Shown piece by piece: positions 44,128 through 64,000 of a stretch of 64,000 nucleotides of DNA (position 1 is its first letter; every line of letters starts with the position of its first letter). The DNA is taken from NCBI RefSeq assembly GCF_009914755.1, contig NC_060946.1; one strand, given 5' to 3'. The position numbers were made by a program, and so were the translations under genes. The notes beneath the pieces are model-generated. The model searched no databases and was not told the DNA's origin. It saw nothing but the letters and a program-made list of their open reading frames with translations. The DNA is from the human T2T-CHM13v2.0 reference genome, Homo sapiens.

Positions 44128-44679
44128 ATTAGGCAACTATTAACAAAATTTTCATTTGCAGAGATTCACACTGAATCAAAATTTGCACAAAAGTGAAACA
44201 TTATTAACTTTTTATATCAGATTTCAAATCTAAATGATTTAAATTTGAATAAAATAAGATTATGACATATTTAATATTCAACGAATTGAAATGGAAACAT
44301 CATAGCCTACTAAGTATTTGATATTCATTTTCTCATCTAATCTTGCAAACAACCGTAGGCGGAAGGAACTATTATCATCATTTTTACAGATAAGGAAAAT
44401 GAGCATTGGAGTTCTAATTCTCTCATGGTTACACATTCAGTCAACAGAAGGAGCTGAGAGCTGAACCAGCGCAACCTGATTTACAGGCTCACACTCCCTA
44501 AACACAATATAGCCTTTTTAAAAAAATAAAAACACTTTAAAATTTTCAGTTTTTCCTTACAATATTTTACAAAGTTGGCCAGGATACTTTTCATTATGCC
44601 ATTGCATAGTATCTCAAAAAACAAGAACTACAATCCATGTTAGAACATCAACCAGATTTGTTAGCACTTAAAGTACTTT

Positions 44680-45146
<467 letters not shown>

Positions 45147-46125
45147 AATGTTTACGATGGAGTTCCTGATGGGTTAAAACTTGGTGGAATTAGATCATAT
45201 GCATTCCTTCTCACAGAGTACAAACGCAATAACATGATAAAATATTTTTCAAAAAAGTAAAATCTTAGCCCACATGCTTAGCTACTGAAAAATCAATGTA
45301 CTTCATGGTGCTAAAATAATATATAAGACAATTATAATCAATTGAATATAAAATTATTTTATCAAATATCACCACCAAAACAATTTTTTAGACACAGAAA
45401 AGTGAATTTACATTTACTTAGAGCAACTCCCTATTTAAGAATAATTACTTTTAGATTTATTTTAAAGAGAAATGCTTAAACATTTCTTCTGTGCATTTGA
45501 ACACTGTTATGACAAGCTGAATTCTGAGAGTCTAATCCTGTTTGGGCATTCAAATGTAAGCTAACTTTTTTTAATAAACGAGTAATTCCATTTCTTCTGA
45601 AAATATGTGATTCCATTTTCTCAGAGTGTCAAAGTGCCACAAAAAGGAATTATGAAAGGCATCATTTGTATATGTAACATGATCATGTACTGATTATCAG
45701 TGTCACGCTGTGAAACAAAAACCACAGCAAGTCATTTTTTTAAACAGGAGTAAGAATTGTATAAAATTATATGTAACATATAAATAGTGACATGCACACA
45801 GAATATCACCTCAATTTTTTAAAACTTTATACCTGAGTGATTATTTTAACGTTCATTTAGAATGAAAGAAATTTGTTAGTATGCTCAAGCTAGAGTCCTA
45901 GGTTAAAAGTTGAAGAGTAAGTAGAAGCTAAGATGGTTAAGACTCTCTATGGATGTCTTTTTTTTTTTAAATCACCATTTGCATGGAGAAGCAGGAAAAA
46001 AGCACTTGACTGACAGCAGACTTCCTAAGGCCCAGCTCTGTAACCAGCTAGCTGTAACTTGCTCAAATCACTTAACACCACTGACCTCAGCTGTAAAAGA
46101 AGATGCTTTTAAAAATGCTTTTTAG

Positions 46126-46450
<325 letters not shown>

Positions 46451-47749
46451 TCAGAGTTTACTCATTTTCAAGAGGTAGTATAAAGTATTTATGAAAAATG
46501 TAAACAGGTTAAAAAAATTGCCCCTAAATAATCCTTACTACTTCATCATCCTTGCCCTAAGCTGTGAGAGCAGTAAGGGGCAGCGGAGCACAGCATTAAC
46601 GCGCCTAGCAATTTTTTAGTTTAGTTTCCCTTGGGCATTAGGAGTAAGTAGGTAAGTAAATAAACCAAGGCATGCAAAGAGAAGAAGCAACAGTCATGGA
46701 GTTAGCAATATTAACATGTGCTGAAAGGATGTCTTGAGTCTTATATGATCCAAAGGGCAATTTTCTCTATTCAAAAATACCCATGCATAATTCTAAATTT
46801 GGTTTTCTGTGGCAACTCTCACATTCTCAAACCAGGTGATAGCTTCCTTATGGATCCAGCTTGGAAACTGCCAAACTACTCATAGACATCAAAATTTTGG
46901 AGCTAAAGGACAGATGTAATTATTTTTAAGGGTAAATTGATACAGGATATATATATTTTATGTAGGCTCAATGTACCCTGCCTTTTATTACTTTGAGGGA
47001 AAAATAAGAGCCACTCTTGGAAAAGTGGATGGCTGAATGAATAAATTCCTCCGTAGTCCAAGACCTCTACATCTAGCCTGGAAACAGAACATGCTAATGA
47101 CACCTACACTGTGGGCTGAAGGTAATATAGCCCAACAATACATAGTATGATAGACTGTGGCCCCCCTTCTTCCCATTATGTTCTAGAAATACTCATTTGG
47201 GCAAATGATCCCACTGTTAAGGGCTATACCTTCTTGGCTACGTTTTAGTGCATCACTAATCTGCAAGGCACCTTCAACTGTTATCAGATAAAGAAGTCAA
47301 TGGGCAATACCAATTGATAATAGAGAAGTGAAAGAAAAATTGGCTTAAACTCCAGAGAAGGGGTGTGTAGAAAAGCAAAAAAAAAAAAAAAAAAAAAAAA
47401 AATCCTCTGAGCATAATGGTCAACAGGGGCTTTCCAGTGAGGAGGGTTATAAAATCTACAGCTGACTAATATAGTAATAAAGTGGGCCACTCAGCTATTT
47501 GCTCAAATCTCTACTTTCAACTCACCAACAAATATTTCAAAGGATGCTTAGCTCTTTAGAGTATAAAATTCCAAATTCTTTGGCCTTGAATTCAAAGTCC
47601 TCTATAATTTAGCTTTATCAGCCTCTCTTATTGAGCATTATTGCTTCAGAAGAGAGCCTTCTGTTCCAACTAAAGATACTGTAAGCAAAACATCATGCTG
47701 TACAACAGTATAAATACATACAATCTTGTCAACTTAAAAAAACTTCTTA

Positions 47750-47886
47750 ATTTTTATTTTTTAATGTTTAGCAATGGGGTCTTGCCTTGTTACCCAGGCT
47801 AGTCTCTAACTCCTGGACTCAAGTGATCCTCCCACCTCAGCCTCCCTAAGTGCTGAGATTACAGGTATGATCCACTGTGCCTGGCC
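47750..47886 (-). mobile_element. FLAM-like Alu monomer
   Basis: Single reverse left-arm-like unit. Confidence 0.85.
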
Positions 47887-47929
47887 TACAAAGAAAAGAA
47901 TCTTCTATTTACATCCCCACCTCCATGTG

Positions 47930-49575
47930 GGAAACCCTTTTAACTCTTAAACATGACTGAGGATTCAGAGAGCTTTTTGTTTCTTTAGGTAATATCCATT
48001 GTTATTTATGGCATTAGAAATTGAAGCTGATAAATTTTTAAAGTATTTAAAAATTAATTTTAAATAATAAGCCAATTATGTGTTAATGTAAATAACATAT
48101 TTTAAAGAAAATTAACTACATTTTCCAAAACGTAATAAATTTACTTAGAAGACTGGCACTCCTTTTAATGTATGGATTTACTATTACAGTATGTTATTTT
48201 AACTTAAGTATACAAAGAAAAATCTGGCCTCACAGATAGCTAGAAAAGGGAAAAGTATTTCAATAGCCTTCTCAGAAAACTGTGGAGTCTTCTTTGATAA
48301 TACATCAAAACTTGACAAGTGGTACTTTCTTAAAAGTTAACTGCAATGTCGAATCTGAAACCTTATCAGTGAACTTTTCATATGTTATTACACTAAAATC
48401 CACTGGACAATCATGCACTTTGCATGAATCTTTTACTCATGATTTTGTAACATTAAACCTCAGTCATTATTTGTAAAATATCGGCTTACTGAGTTACGGA
48501 GCTCTTTCAAATGTGAGGACATTGCATTATACAAGACCACATTTGTTACTATCATCACGGATCTCATCAGAAAAAATCTTTAAGTACTGAGAAACTGTCG
48601 AGCTCATAGTGGAGGACACAAATTTTTCAAAATTCTAATTTCTACCAGGAGAGCTTACATTTTACCAATGGAAAAAAATAGTGTCAGTTTCTTCCCTTGA
48701 AGTGGCAGGCCCACTTCATTTTCAAGAAAATGGTGTATAATGTAAATACTTTCTTTCTTTTTCTTAGTTTGATGTAATTAGAATCATTTACTTAGGAGAC
48801 ATAGCATGTTATTGAGTCTTTCACTTAAATATAAGGTTTTCCTAACTGGATAATTAGGAAAATAAAATACATTTATTTCCCCTTATACACTCTTCAAACA
48901 TAATTTAGAGCTACCTTCTTTTAAATCAAAATATCAGTCCTTAAATAATTTTTTGAAATACATATATAGGGGCAATAACTACTTAATAGTAACAACAAAA
49001 CTAATATATTTGAGTGCCAGATGCATAAAACTGAATATTATGGTTTGTCCATTAATTGTTCTTACAAGAAAAAAATGGTGCTCCATGAAAAAAGCAGCTA
49101 GTTCAGCTTGCAACTCAATCACACAGTACTTTTCCTTGAAACAATGAAAATATTTTGGTATGTAACACAAGTGCTTTATGAATACTTTTCACTTTGCCAT
49201 GTAGAATATGAAAAATATCATATACTAATGTGGGAAATTAATAAAATTAATACTTTTTACTGCTTCATCAAGGACATTCTTAAGTGAACGTGATTTTTTT
49301 GTTTTCCTGTGAGTCTGTGACAGTGAAGAATATGATGGCTGCCAGCAGCACAGTTTGGTGCCACGGCCTTGATTCATGCTAAGGTGCTAGCAGTTTTACC
49401 CACCATTGCTTCTGTACTGACCGTCAAAGCAAATATAGTGAAAACAGCAAGAATGTATTGGTATTACTATGAAAATAATACCTTGCATTGACTTCATAGC
49501 TCCCTCGACCCAGACTCTGAAAAAATTTAGGGAACTGCCAGTGATCTGTGGACCACACAGGGAAAATTACTGCTG
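47930..49575. mobile_element. Charlie1-type hAT DNA transposon, interrupted by the 284-bp inverted duplicate
   Basis: aaacttgacaagtggt, ctttaagtactgagaaactgtc.agctca, cagtttggtgcca, gtggaccacac terminal motif. Confidence 0.8.
48735..49018 (-). repeat. Inverted duplicate (284 bp) of 50386-50666
   Basis: Reverse complement matches 50386-50666 apart from a 3-nt indel. Confidence 0.95.
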
Positions 49576-49702
49576 CAAAGGATTGTCCCTGCCTGCAATG
49601 TCCTCTACTTCACTGCAGGCTATGGGTTCACTGTTTAGGAGAAGTAGTACCTACCTTCTAAAAGCATCTCTTAATGAACCCGCTTCATTACTCTCTTTCT
49701 AG

Positions 49703-50023
<321 letters not shown>

Positions 50024-50169
50024 GTACTGTTTTTCTACTGGAACTTCTATAGGTTCATTGAGGGCAGGGGCTTTATTTTACCTTTTTAAGAACACCTAGT
50101 GCCTAGCACAGTAATGTGCACATGACAAGTATATATAAAACAGTTGTTCAATATAATTTATGGGAAATA

Positions 50170-50400
50170 ATGCAGGCTCTTGGGGCCAGATAACCTGTAT
50201 TTAAATCCTCACACTGACATTTATTAGTTGTGTGATCTTGGACAAGTAATCTTGAATCTCTCTAAGCCTCAATTTCTTCATCTGTAAAAGAGGAGTAATA
50301 ACGATACCTATTTCACATGGCGGCTATGGTAACTCAATGGAGTTAACACATAAAAAGTGCTTCAAACAATATCTGGTACAAAGTAGGCACTCAAATATAT
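50170..50400. mobile_element. MIR
   Basis: tagttgtgtgatcttggacaagt...ctaagcctcaatttcttcatctgtaaaa. Confidence 0.85.
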
Positions 50401-50666
50401 TAGTTTTGTTGTTACTATTAAGTAGTTATTGCCCCTATATATGTATTTCAAAAAATTATTTAAGGACTGATATTTTGATTTAAAAGAAGGTAGCTCTAAA
50501 TTATGTTTGAAGAGTGTATAAGGGGAAATAAATGTATTTTATTTTCCTAATTATCCAGTTAGGAAAACCTTATATTTAAGTGAAAGACTCAATAACATGC
50601 TATGTCTCCTAAGTAAATGATTCTAATTACATCAAACTAAGAAAAAGAAAAGTATTTACATTATAC
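50386..50666 (+). repeat. Probable source copy (281 bp) of the inverted duplication
   Basis: Contiguous with the end of the upstream MIR, whereas the other copy interrupts a Charlie element. Confidence 0.92.
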
Positions 50667-51412
50667 GGAAGAATGTTGGAGAAATGAATTCTGTTACCTA
50701 AACTGATGTATTAACTCAGTATTTTTAATAGCGTATGTCTAACACCTTAGACCACCTATACGCCTTTAGAACAACTATAAGCCTTCCCCACCACTAGAAA
50801 GCACTTGCTAGTAAGTGTTTGTATCCATAATATACCAATAGAGGTGACAGAAACAGAGAGAGAATTATTTCCTACCCTTAAGAATAATACAATCCAACAG
50901 GTAGTTAGAATATGTACACAAATATAAACATCATATCTGAAGAGTATTCACTAAAGCTTGTCTACTTCAAATTCTTTGGTTATTTATACCCACTGCCATT
51001 TAGAAAAGTATCTAAAGATACAGGAACTGAGGTCCTTTTTTCTCTGCAGGCAGGCCCAGAGATGATCAAGTGTCTGCAGGCCCAGGTGGTAGACCCCTAA
51101 CTGCTTACCTCTTTTGCTAATGCACAGTATGGGACCAACTGACTATCAAAATAAGCTCTCATCTTAAGAGCAGAAGCTTCTAGCCCAAGGTTAAAATCGA
51201 TTTCTAAAACACATTTTAAAAATAAAAATTTCAGATTTTAATGCTCAGTTCTCATTTTTGTACAAGTTCTTTTCTTTTTGTTCTCTCCAACAATCTAAGA
51301 CCATCCAACATAAGCGAAATATACTTAAATGGAGCTGTAGCTCACAGCAACAAACAGTACAAATAGGGACAACTGATCTTAAAAGACTTATGATGGTTAA
51401 AAATAATTACTT

Positions 51413-51705
51413 CGGCTGGATGTGGTGGCTCACTTCTGTAATCCCAGCACTCTGGGATGCTGAGGTGGGAGAATTGCTTGAGCCCAGTAGTTCCAGACCA
51501 GCCAGAGCAAGACACAGGGAGACCCTGTCTCTACAAATAATAAAAAAAAAATTAGCCGGGTGTGGGGGTACACGCCTGTAGTCCCAGCTACTCGTGGCGG
51601 CTGAGGCAGGAGGACCATCTGAGCCTGGGAGGCAGAGGCTGCAATGAGCTGAGACCATGCCACTGCACTCCAGCCTGGGTGACAGAGTGAGACCCTACCT
51701 CAAAG
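51413..51705 (+). mobile_element. Alu (AluJ-type)
   Basis: Alu consensus. Confidence 0.92.
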
Positions 51706-53133
51706 ACCCCCTTCCCCCACCCCCCAAAAAAGGTAATTAGGTAACTATTTAAACAAGTAATTTCCAAAGCATTTCTTAATTTATTCTCACTACAACCCTG
51801 TACAGTCAGGTCAAGTATAAACTTCATTTGATAGATGAGGAAACTGAAATTGGAGGTAAAATGATTTATTCAAGACAATTATTACAATAAGGATGGCACA
51901 ATCTTTGTGCTACCTCTTATCTTACTCATCCAACCAGCTGTCAAATCCTCTATATTCTACCTTCATAATGTCTCCTGAATTCATTCCCCCTCTACATAAC
52001 CACTTAAGACTGTTTCCTAATCGTCTGCCTGCTCCTCTATTCACCCTGCATACGCTGTGACAGATCAATCTTCTCCGAGCACAATTCTGCTCACTTCATT
52101 TACTTGCTCAAAATCTTTAATAAAGTCCATATTTCTCAGCCTGGCATTCAAATACTCTTCCCAATTTATACTCAACTGACACTTATTCCACCTTATTTCC
52201 CACTAGTCTCTGCCAAACACCTAAAGCTTCAATCAAGTAGAAACCTATGCTTTTATCCCGAGGCATTTTGATCCTTCTCATCACTTCAACTTTGTATTGA
52301 GAACTGACGTTCTTAACTCTTCCCACTACCATCTATGCTTACTCGAATTCTAATTACCATTAATACAAGGCCCAGATCAATGCTGTATTCACCAAGACGC
52401 CTCAGCTTCTCTCTCCTCAGAACTGCCATAATACAATTGTACCTAGTTTTTTTTTTTTCCCCCAAGAAGCATTTACTGAGTTCTATTAAGTGTCAGGCAC
52501 TGTGACAAGTCAGGGAATGCAAAGATGAAAAATGACTTTTTCTTTAAAAGTTTAAAACTTAGGAAGACAAAAGTCAATTTAAAAATCACAATTTATATGT
52601 TACATAAACAGCAGTCAGCTTACGGTTCTACTTGAGCCTAAATGAAGGACACACGAATTTGGCTTTGCCTAGAAAAGTCCAGGAAGGCTTTTCAGCAGAG
52701 ATAAGACTTAAACTGAGTGGGAAAAGATACTAAGTGCTTGCTAAGAGGACTAGTGAATATACACAGTACACCATCTTCTTTCACTACGTTGAATATGGGG
52801 AGTCGGAGTGGTAGAACGAAGATTACGGACTTAGAATTCCCCATCTGTAAAAACTCTAATATATCCCAAAGGGATATTTTATAAACCATAATAAAATATT
52901 GTTTGTGAAAGCAATTTTTAAACTGAAAAGTGAGATACAAATTTGAGGTATCATTAATAAATCTGTAAATAACAACGCTTCCTGTCTAACTTTTAGATTT
53001 AATTGGCCACATGAATTACTAGACCATTGTTTTTAATTGATGAGTAATCAAACTGGATAGACCATTTTAAGAGACATATAGGCAGATAGTAAGTTTAATA
53101 AAATAACCTAAATATTGTCAAATCTAGGTTTTA

Positions 53134-53647
<514 letters not shown>

Positions 53648-54049
53648 TCATTTTATTGTTAACAGCTTCCTGAAATTATAGAACTTGTGCTATCTCTGTT
53701 CACAGGCACAAATCAAAGGATTTTCCATTTTCTCTTCATCTATTTTTGGCAGCGATAAACTTATACTCTATACATATGGGTTATCTCTTTAGGAACTCAA
53801 ATTGGTTGACATACAAAATTTCATGGTGAACAGTTTCTGGTATAAATGAGGAATGCAAGTCTTAACTATATATATAATGTAAATATATGTATATTTACAT
53901 TAAGGAACAGAACTTGCCCTTAATCACTGTCATTAGAAATATACAACTGGAGATCTGAAACAACTGAAAATGGTAGCAATAAAGGAAAAAAGAGAAACAG
54001 AAATGGGCAATGATGAGGAGATATGTAGTAAGTAATTTAAAAATGCCAT

Positions 54050-59810
<5,761 letters not shown>

Positions 59811-60314
59811 TATAGAAATTTATTAATTAAAACACCTTGGAAAATCCTCACATATATTTTATTTCTTCTTTTTCACTTCTTTAATTGAAACAGTTATTCT
59901 GATAGGTCTGTGAGTTCATGATCATTAAAAAGTTATTTGGAAATGCAGTCAATACATCAGCCTGTACGTTTATGATTCTAGAACAAATGCTACTGAAAGT
60001 CTCGTTTGTTACCTATCAAGCCTAGACTCTTAAATTATCTATTGTAGCCAATTATTTCTGAAGTATAAAATTATGTGCTTATACATAACTAATAAACATC
60101 GAAAGTAGGAATTTCTTGGTGGTTCAATACTTGATGAAAGAAAATTGAAAGCATTTATGGGTTAAATCCATCCTTAGCAAGTGGCTTAAAGGCTGAGTAA
60201 AGCTCTCCTTTTCATAACCAGATATAGGAAAGAGAAAAAGAAATCTAACGACAGAGCTAGGTCTTTCTATGCAGACTGTAGAACATTTCTATCTTTAGAA
60301 ATAGACCACACAAG

Positions 60315-60592
60315 GCTGGGCATGGTGGCTCATGCCTCTAATCCCAGCACTTTGGGAGACCATGGTAGGAGGATAGAGTGACAGGAGTTCAAAATAAGCT
60401 TGGACAACAACAAAAGGAGACCCTGTCTCTACAAAAAAAATTAAAAAATGAGCTGGGCGTGGGGTGTGTGCTTGTAGTCCCAGCTAGATGGGAGGCTGAG
60501 GCAGGAGGATCACTTGAGCCCAGGAGACTGAGGTTGCAGTGAGCTAGCTATGTTCATGCCACTGCACTCCAGCCTGGACAACAAAGCAAGAG
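60315..60592 (+). mobile_element. Alu (AluJ-type)
   Basis: Diverged Alu consensus. Confidence 0.9.
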
Positions 60593-60659
60593 ACAATACA
60601 ATTTCCCATATGTTGGTATGTATGAGATATATACCTATTATTAATTTATGACATTTCCT

Positions 60660-61420
60660 TTACTTTAGCAAGTTAGTAGTAAGAGGTGAAGTCAAAGAGG
60701 TAAGCTGGGGCTAGAGACTAGTAAACCAAGTACGGAGTTCAGATTATATTCTAATTGCATTAGGGAACTATTAAGAGTTAAGTAGGAAATCGGCATTTGC
60801 ATTAAAAAAAAAAAAAAACCACCTTAGTCCTATGTGGAGGATAGATAAGTTAGGCAACAGTAATACCGGAAATAAGTGATGAGGTTTGGACTAGAGCAGT
60901 GATGATGATAAATTCTTTTAAATTTCCTAACAGCCTCTTCAGGTAGGTACTATTATCTTCATTTTAGAGTGAGCCAAGGGCAGAGAGATTAAATAACTGG
61001 TCCAAGGTCACACAGTTTAGTAGGGGCCATATTGAGATTCAAACACAAGCAATTTGGTGGAAGAGTAATAAGATGTAGAGAAGAAGACGAAGTAGTTTTA
61101 GAGTTATGGTTGTCAAGACTTGCTAATCAATTAGATGTACAGATGAAAGAAAGAAAGAAAGAATATTCCTAGGTTTTGCTTGAGTTTGGTAGTATAATTA
61201 TGCAGAGAAAGGATATAAAATAAAAAGAAAAGGGGTTCCAGGACCTACATATGGAGTACTGCACCATTTAAAAGTTGAACAGAGAAGGAGGCAGGAGCAG
61301 AACACCCAGTGCTTGGCAGGAAAATTGGGAGAGCTCGAAAAGCCAAGAGACTAAGTATTTCTAGGAGGAGGGAGGACAATGTATACAATGCTGTTGAGAG
61401 AAGGTGTAAATGAGAACAGG
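60660..61420. mobile_element. L2 fragments with an embedded MIR (~60900-61050)
   Basis: Degenerate L2-like purine-rich motifs; tccaaggtcacacagt. Confidence 0.55.
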
Positions 61421-61527
61421 TGTAAATGCTAAATTAATTCCGAGAGTCTTCTAATTGTATAATTAAGGCGACAATTTCTATATGATTGCCATGCATCCTT
61501 CCATTTTTCACCTCATGGTCCACGTAC

Positions 61528-61752
61528 CGTAAGAGATCCATTTTGTGTGCTGGGTGAGTTGCTGCTCTGCTCCCCGTGGGCTTGCGTACTTCCGTAGAGT
61601 GTCAGGTTATGCTCACCGGTCTGGCCGGCATAGTCTTGAGTGTGTGGCACCCCATACTCTGTGGGAATTCCATTCTGCGGAGGTGGTGGAAATGGGATGG
61701 TAGTAAAAGGCTGAACCATTGCGTCAGGAGTTGTTGTCGGCTCCTGGTTACC
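61528..61752 (-). CDS. RBFOX2: RBFOX2 coding exon (225 nt), GNQEPTTTPDAMVQPFTTIPFPPPPQNG...QNGSLT
   Basis: Translation matches the RBFOX2 N-terminal region; acceptor tgttttag|GGT, donor ACG|gtacgt; phase 0-0. Confidence 0.97.
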
Positions 61753-61935
61753 CTAAAACAAACAACAAGAGAAAGAAAAAGTGACTTTGAATCCTTGTTA
61801 CGTAACTATTTTTAAAGTGAGTATATGGAATTCTCTGAATATTCTCTCACTGCATAGGTAAAATGGAATGCTTATTGCTCCAGGATTGGAGAAAATATTA
61901 TTACACATACACACATAGATATATGTATGTGGACA

Positions 61936-61936
<1 letters not shown>

Positions 61937-61970
<34 letters not shown>
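61937..61970. repeat. (CA)n microsatellite
   Basis: Directly visible. Confidence 0.95.
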
Positions 61971-61974
<4 letters not shown>

Positions 61975-62979
61975 TTTTGTTAATGTGTAGTTACTAGACA
62001 GGCCCACAACCATATTTAAGTGGACTAGATGCCAAAGGGGCAAAAATCTTTCCTTTAAATTAAAAGTAGGTGGAGAGCCCACTTTGGACCACAAGCCACT
62101 ACAGCCTATACCACAGAGAGAGACTCTGTCCCTAAAAAATACGAAAAACAAAAAAGAAAAATCAACTAGGAGAAAATATTAGCAAAAGGTAAGAGAGATG
62201 CTGGGTTATTATCACTAGTCCCAGAGTGGGTTAACCAAGTTGACAAGACAGACACACATGTACACACAAACACACACACATCCCAAGAGAAAAACAGGCA
62301 AACTGTGTATCTGAACAATTCATTGAAAATGAAATACAAACAACTAATAAAAATGCTCAACCTCACTAACTGTCACGAAAATTCACATTAACATCAAAGT
62401 AAGTCCAAGTCTTTAGTCATCAAATCAGCAAAAAAATTAAGCAGTTTTATTATGATATAACTGTCATATGATAAACAGCACTTATTTATTTACAGTATAC
62501 AATTTGGTAAGTTTTGATATATGCACTTATATTCTCATGAAATCATCACCACAATCAAGATAGTCAACACATATATCCAAAACCCCCAAAAGTTTCCTTG
62601 TGCCCCAATAATAAACATATATTACTTTTGTAATAAAACCTATACAAATATATTGTTTTTAATACTAAAGAGAATGACAAAAAATATATCATCAATAAGG
62701 GGAAGCCAATATTCTGAAACACTGAATTACTGTGTTACTCTTAAGAGAATGGTAGTGACCTACCTTGAAACAAAAATTCATAACTCTCTTCCATTTAAAA
62801 GTTAAACAACTTCAAAATTCAGCTGTCTCCAATGTCCAAGAATCATTTCTACTTGGTAATAAAAACTGCTTTACACAATAGTGGTGAAAGAAAAAAGGCA
62901 GAGAATTGGGGGTGGGGGGCTGCCACAGTCTAGATAAAAAGTGATGAACTGATTACAGTTATCAGTGGGAAGGGGCAGA

Positions 62980-63345
62980 GTCATAGACTGAGTTGTGCTC
63001 AGTCTCCAACCCGTATGTTGAAGTTCTAACCCTCAGTACCTCAAAATGTCACTGTTTTTAAAGATAAGGTCTTTAAAAAGGTAATTAAAGTGATGTCATG
63101 AGGGTGGGCCTTAATCCAATTGGAGTGGTGTCCTTATAAGAAAAGGGAATGTGGATACAGACACATACAGAGGGAGGCCCATGTGAAGACACAGAGCATG
63201 ACCATCTACAAGCCAACAAAAAAGACATCAGAAGAAACCAACCCTGCTGACACCCTGATCTTGCACTTCTAGCCTCCAGAATGGTAAGAAAATACATTGC
63301 TATATTGTTATGTAATACTTTCTTATGGCAGCCCTTGCAAACTGG
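62980..63345 (+). mobile_element. MaLR solo LTR (MLT1B-like)
   Basis: tatgttgaagttctaaccctcagtacctca...gggtgggccttaatccaat...cttctagcctccagaa. Confidence 0.85.
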
Positions 63346-63427
63346 TAAAGGCAGGAATGAAGATTCTGTAACAGAAATTAATAATAAAAATAAAAATAAA
63401 TTGCTTTACATAAAAATTTTCCTGCTA

Positions 63428-64000
63428 TTGGACATAATGGTTCATGCCCTTGTAATCCCAGCACTTTGGGAGGCTGAGATGGGAGGACTGCCTGCGGCTA
63501 GGAGTTCAAGATCAGCCTGGCCAACACAAAGAGACCCTGTCTCTAGAAAAACTTTAAAAAATTAGCTGGGCATGGTGGTATGTGTAGTCCCAGCTACTTG
63601 TGAGGCTGAGAAAGGAGGACTGCTTGAGCCCAGGAGCTGGAGGCTGCAGTGAGCCATGATTGCATCACCCTAGCCTGGGCAACAGAAAGACCACGTCTCT
63701 TAAGGGAAAAAAAAAAAAAAAAAAGGCTGGGTGTGGTGGCTCACTTCTGTAATCCCAGCACCTTGTGAGGCTGAGGCGGGCAGATCACTTGAGGTCAGGA
63801 GTTCAATACCAGCCTGGCCAACATGGTGAAACTCCATCCCTATTAAAAATACAAAAATTAGCCAAGCATGGTGCCAAATGCCTTTAATCTCAGATATCTT
63901 GGAAGCTGAGGCAGGAGAATCGCTTGAACTCAGGAGGAGGACATTGCAGTGAACTGACATCGCTGCCATTAAACTCTAGCCCGGGCAACAGAGTGAGTGA
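63428..64000 (+). mobile_element. Two tandem Alus (AluJ-type 63428-63720; AluS-type 63725 to window end)
   Basis: Alu consensus. Confidence 0.92.

Overview
Human-type (primate, Alu/L1-rich) genomic DNA lying entirely inside the RBFOX2 (RBM9/Fox-2) gene, which is transcribed on the minus strand. The window holds the internal coding exons from GNQEPTTTPDAMVQPF... (61752) through the RRM exons, the Ala/Gly/Pro-rich region, the mutually exclusive B40 and M43 exons and a 32-nt frame-switching exon (2174-2205). The promoters/first exons and the last coding exons are outside the window. Introns contain about 30 Alus, old L1, L2, MIR, MLT1 LTRs and DNA transposons. Notable points: RBFOX (TGCATG) motifs embedded in the splice sites of the 93-nt RRM exon; candidate poison exons; a possible non-AG acceptor; a candidate in-frame alternative terminal exon; a retrocopy of an unusual AP3D1 transcript with TSDs; and a near-identical 281/284-bp inverted duplication of otherwise unique sequence. 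No prokaryotic-type system (CRISPR, operons) is present, and nearly all ORF-track entries are spurious. Coordinates were read by eye: exon boundaries should be exact, repeat boundaries are approximate.
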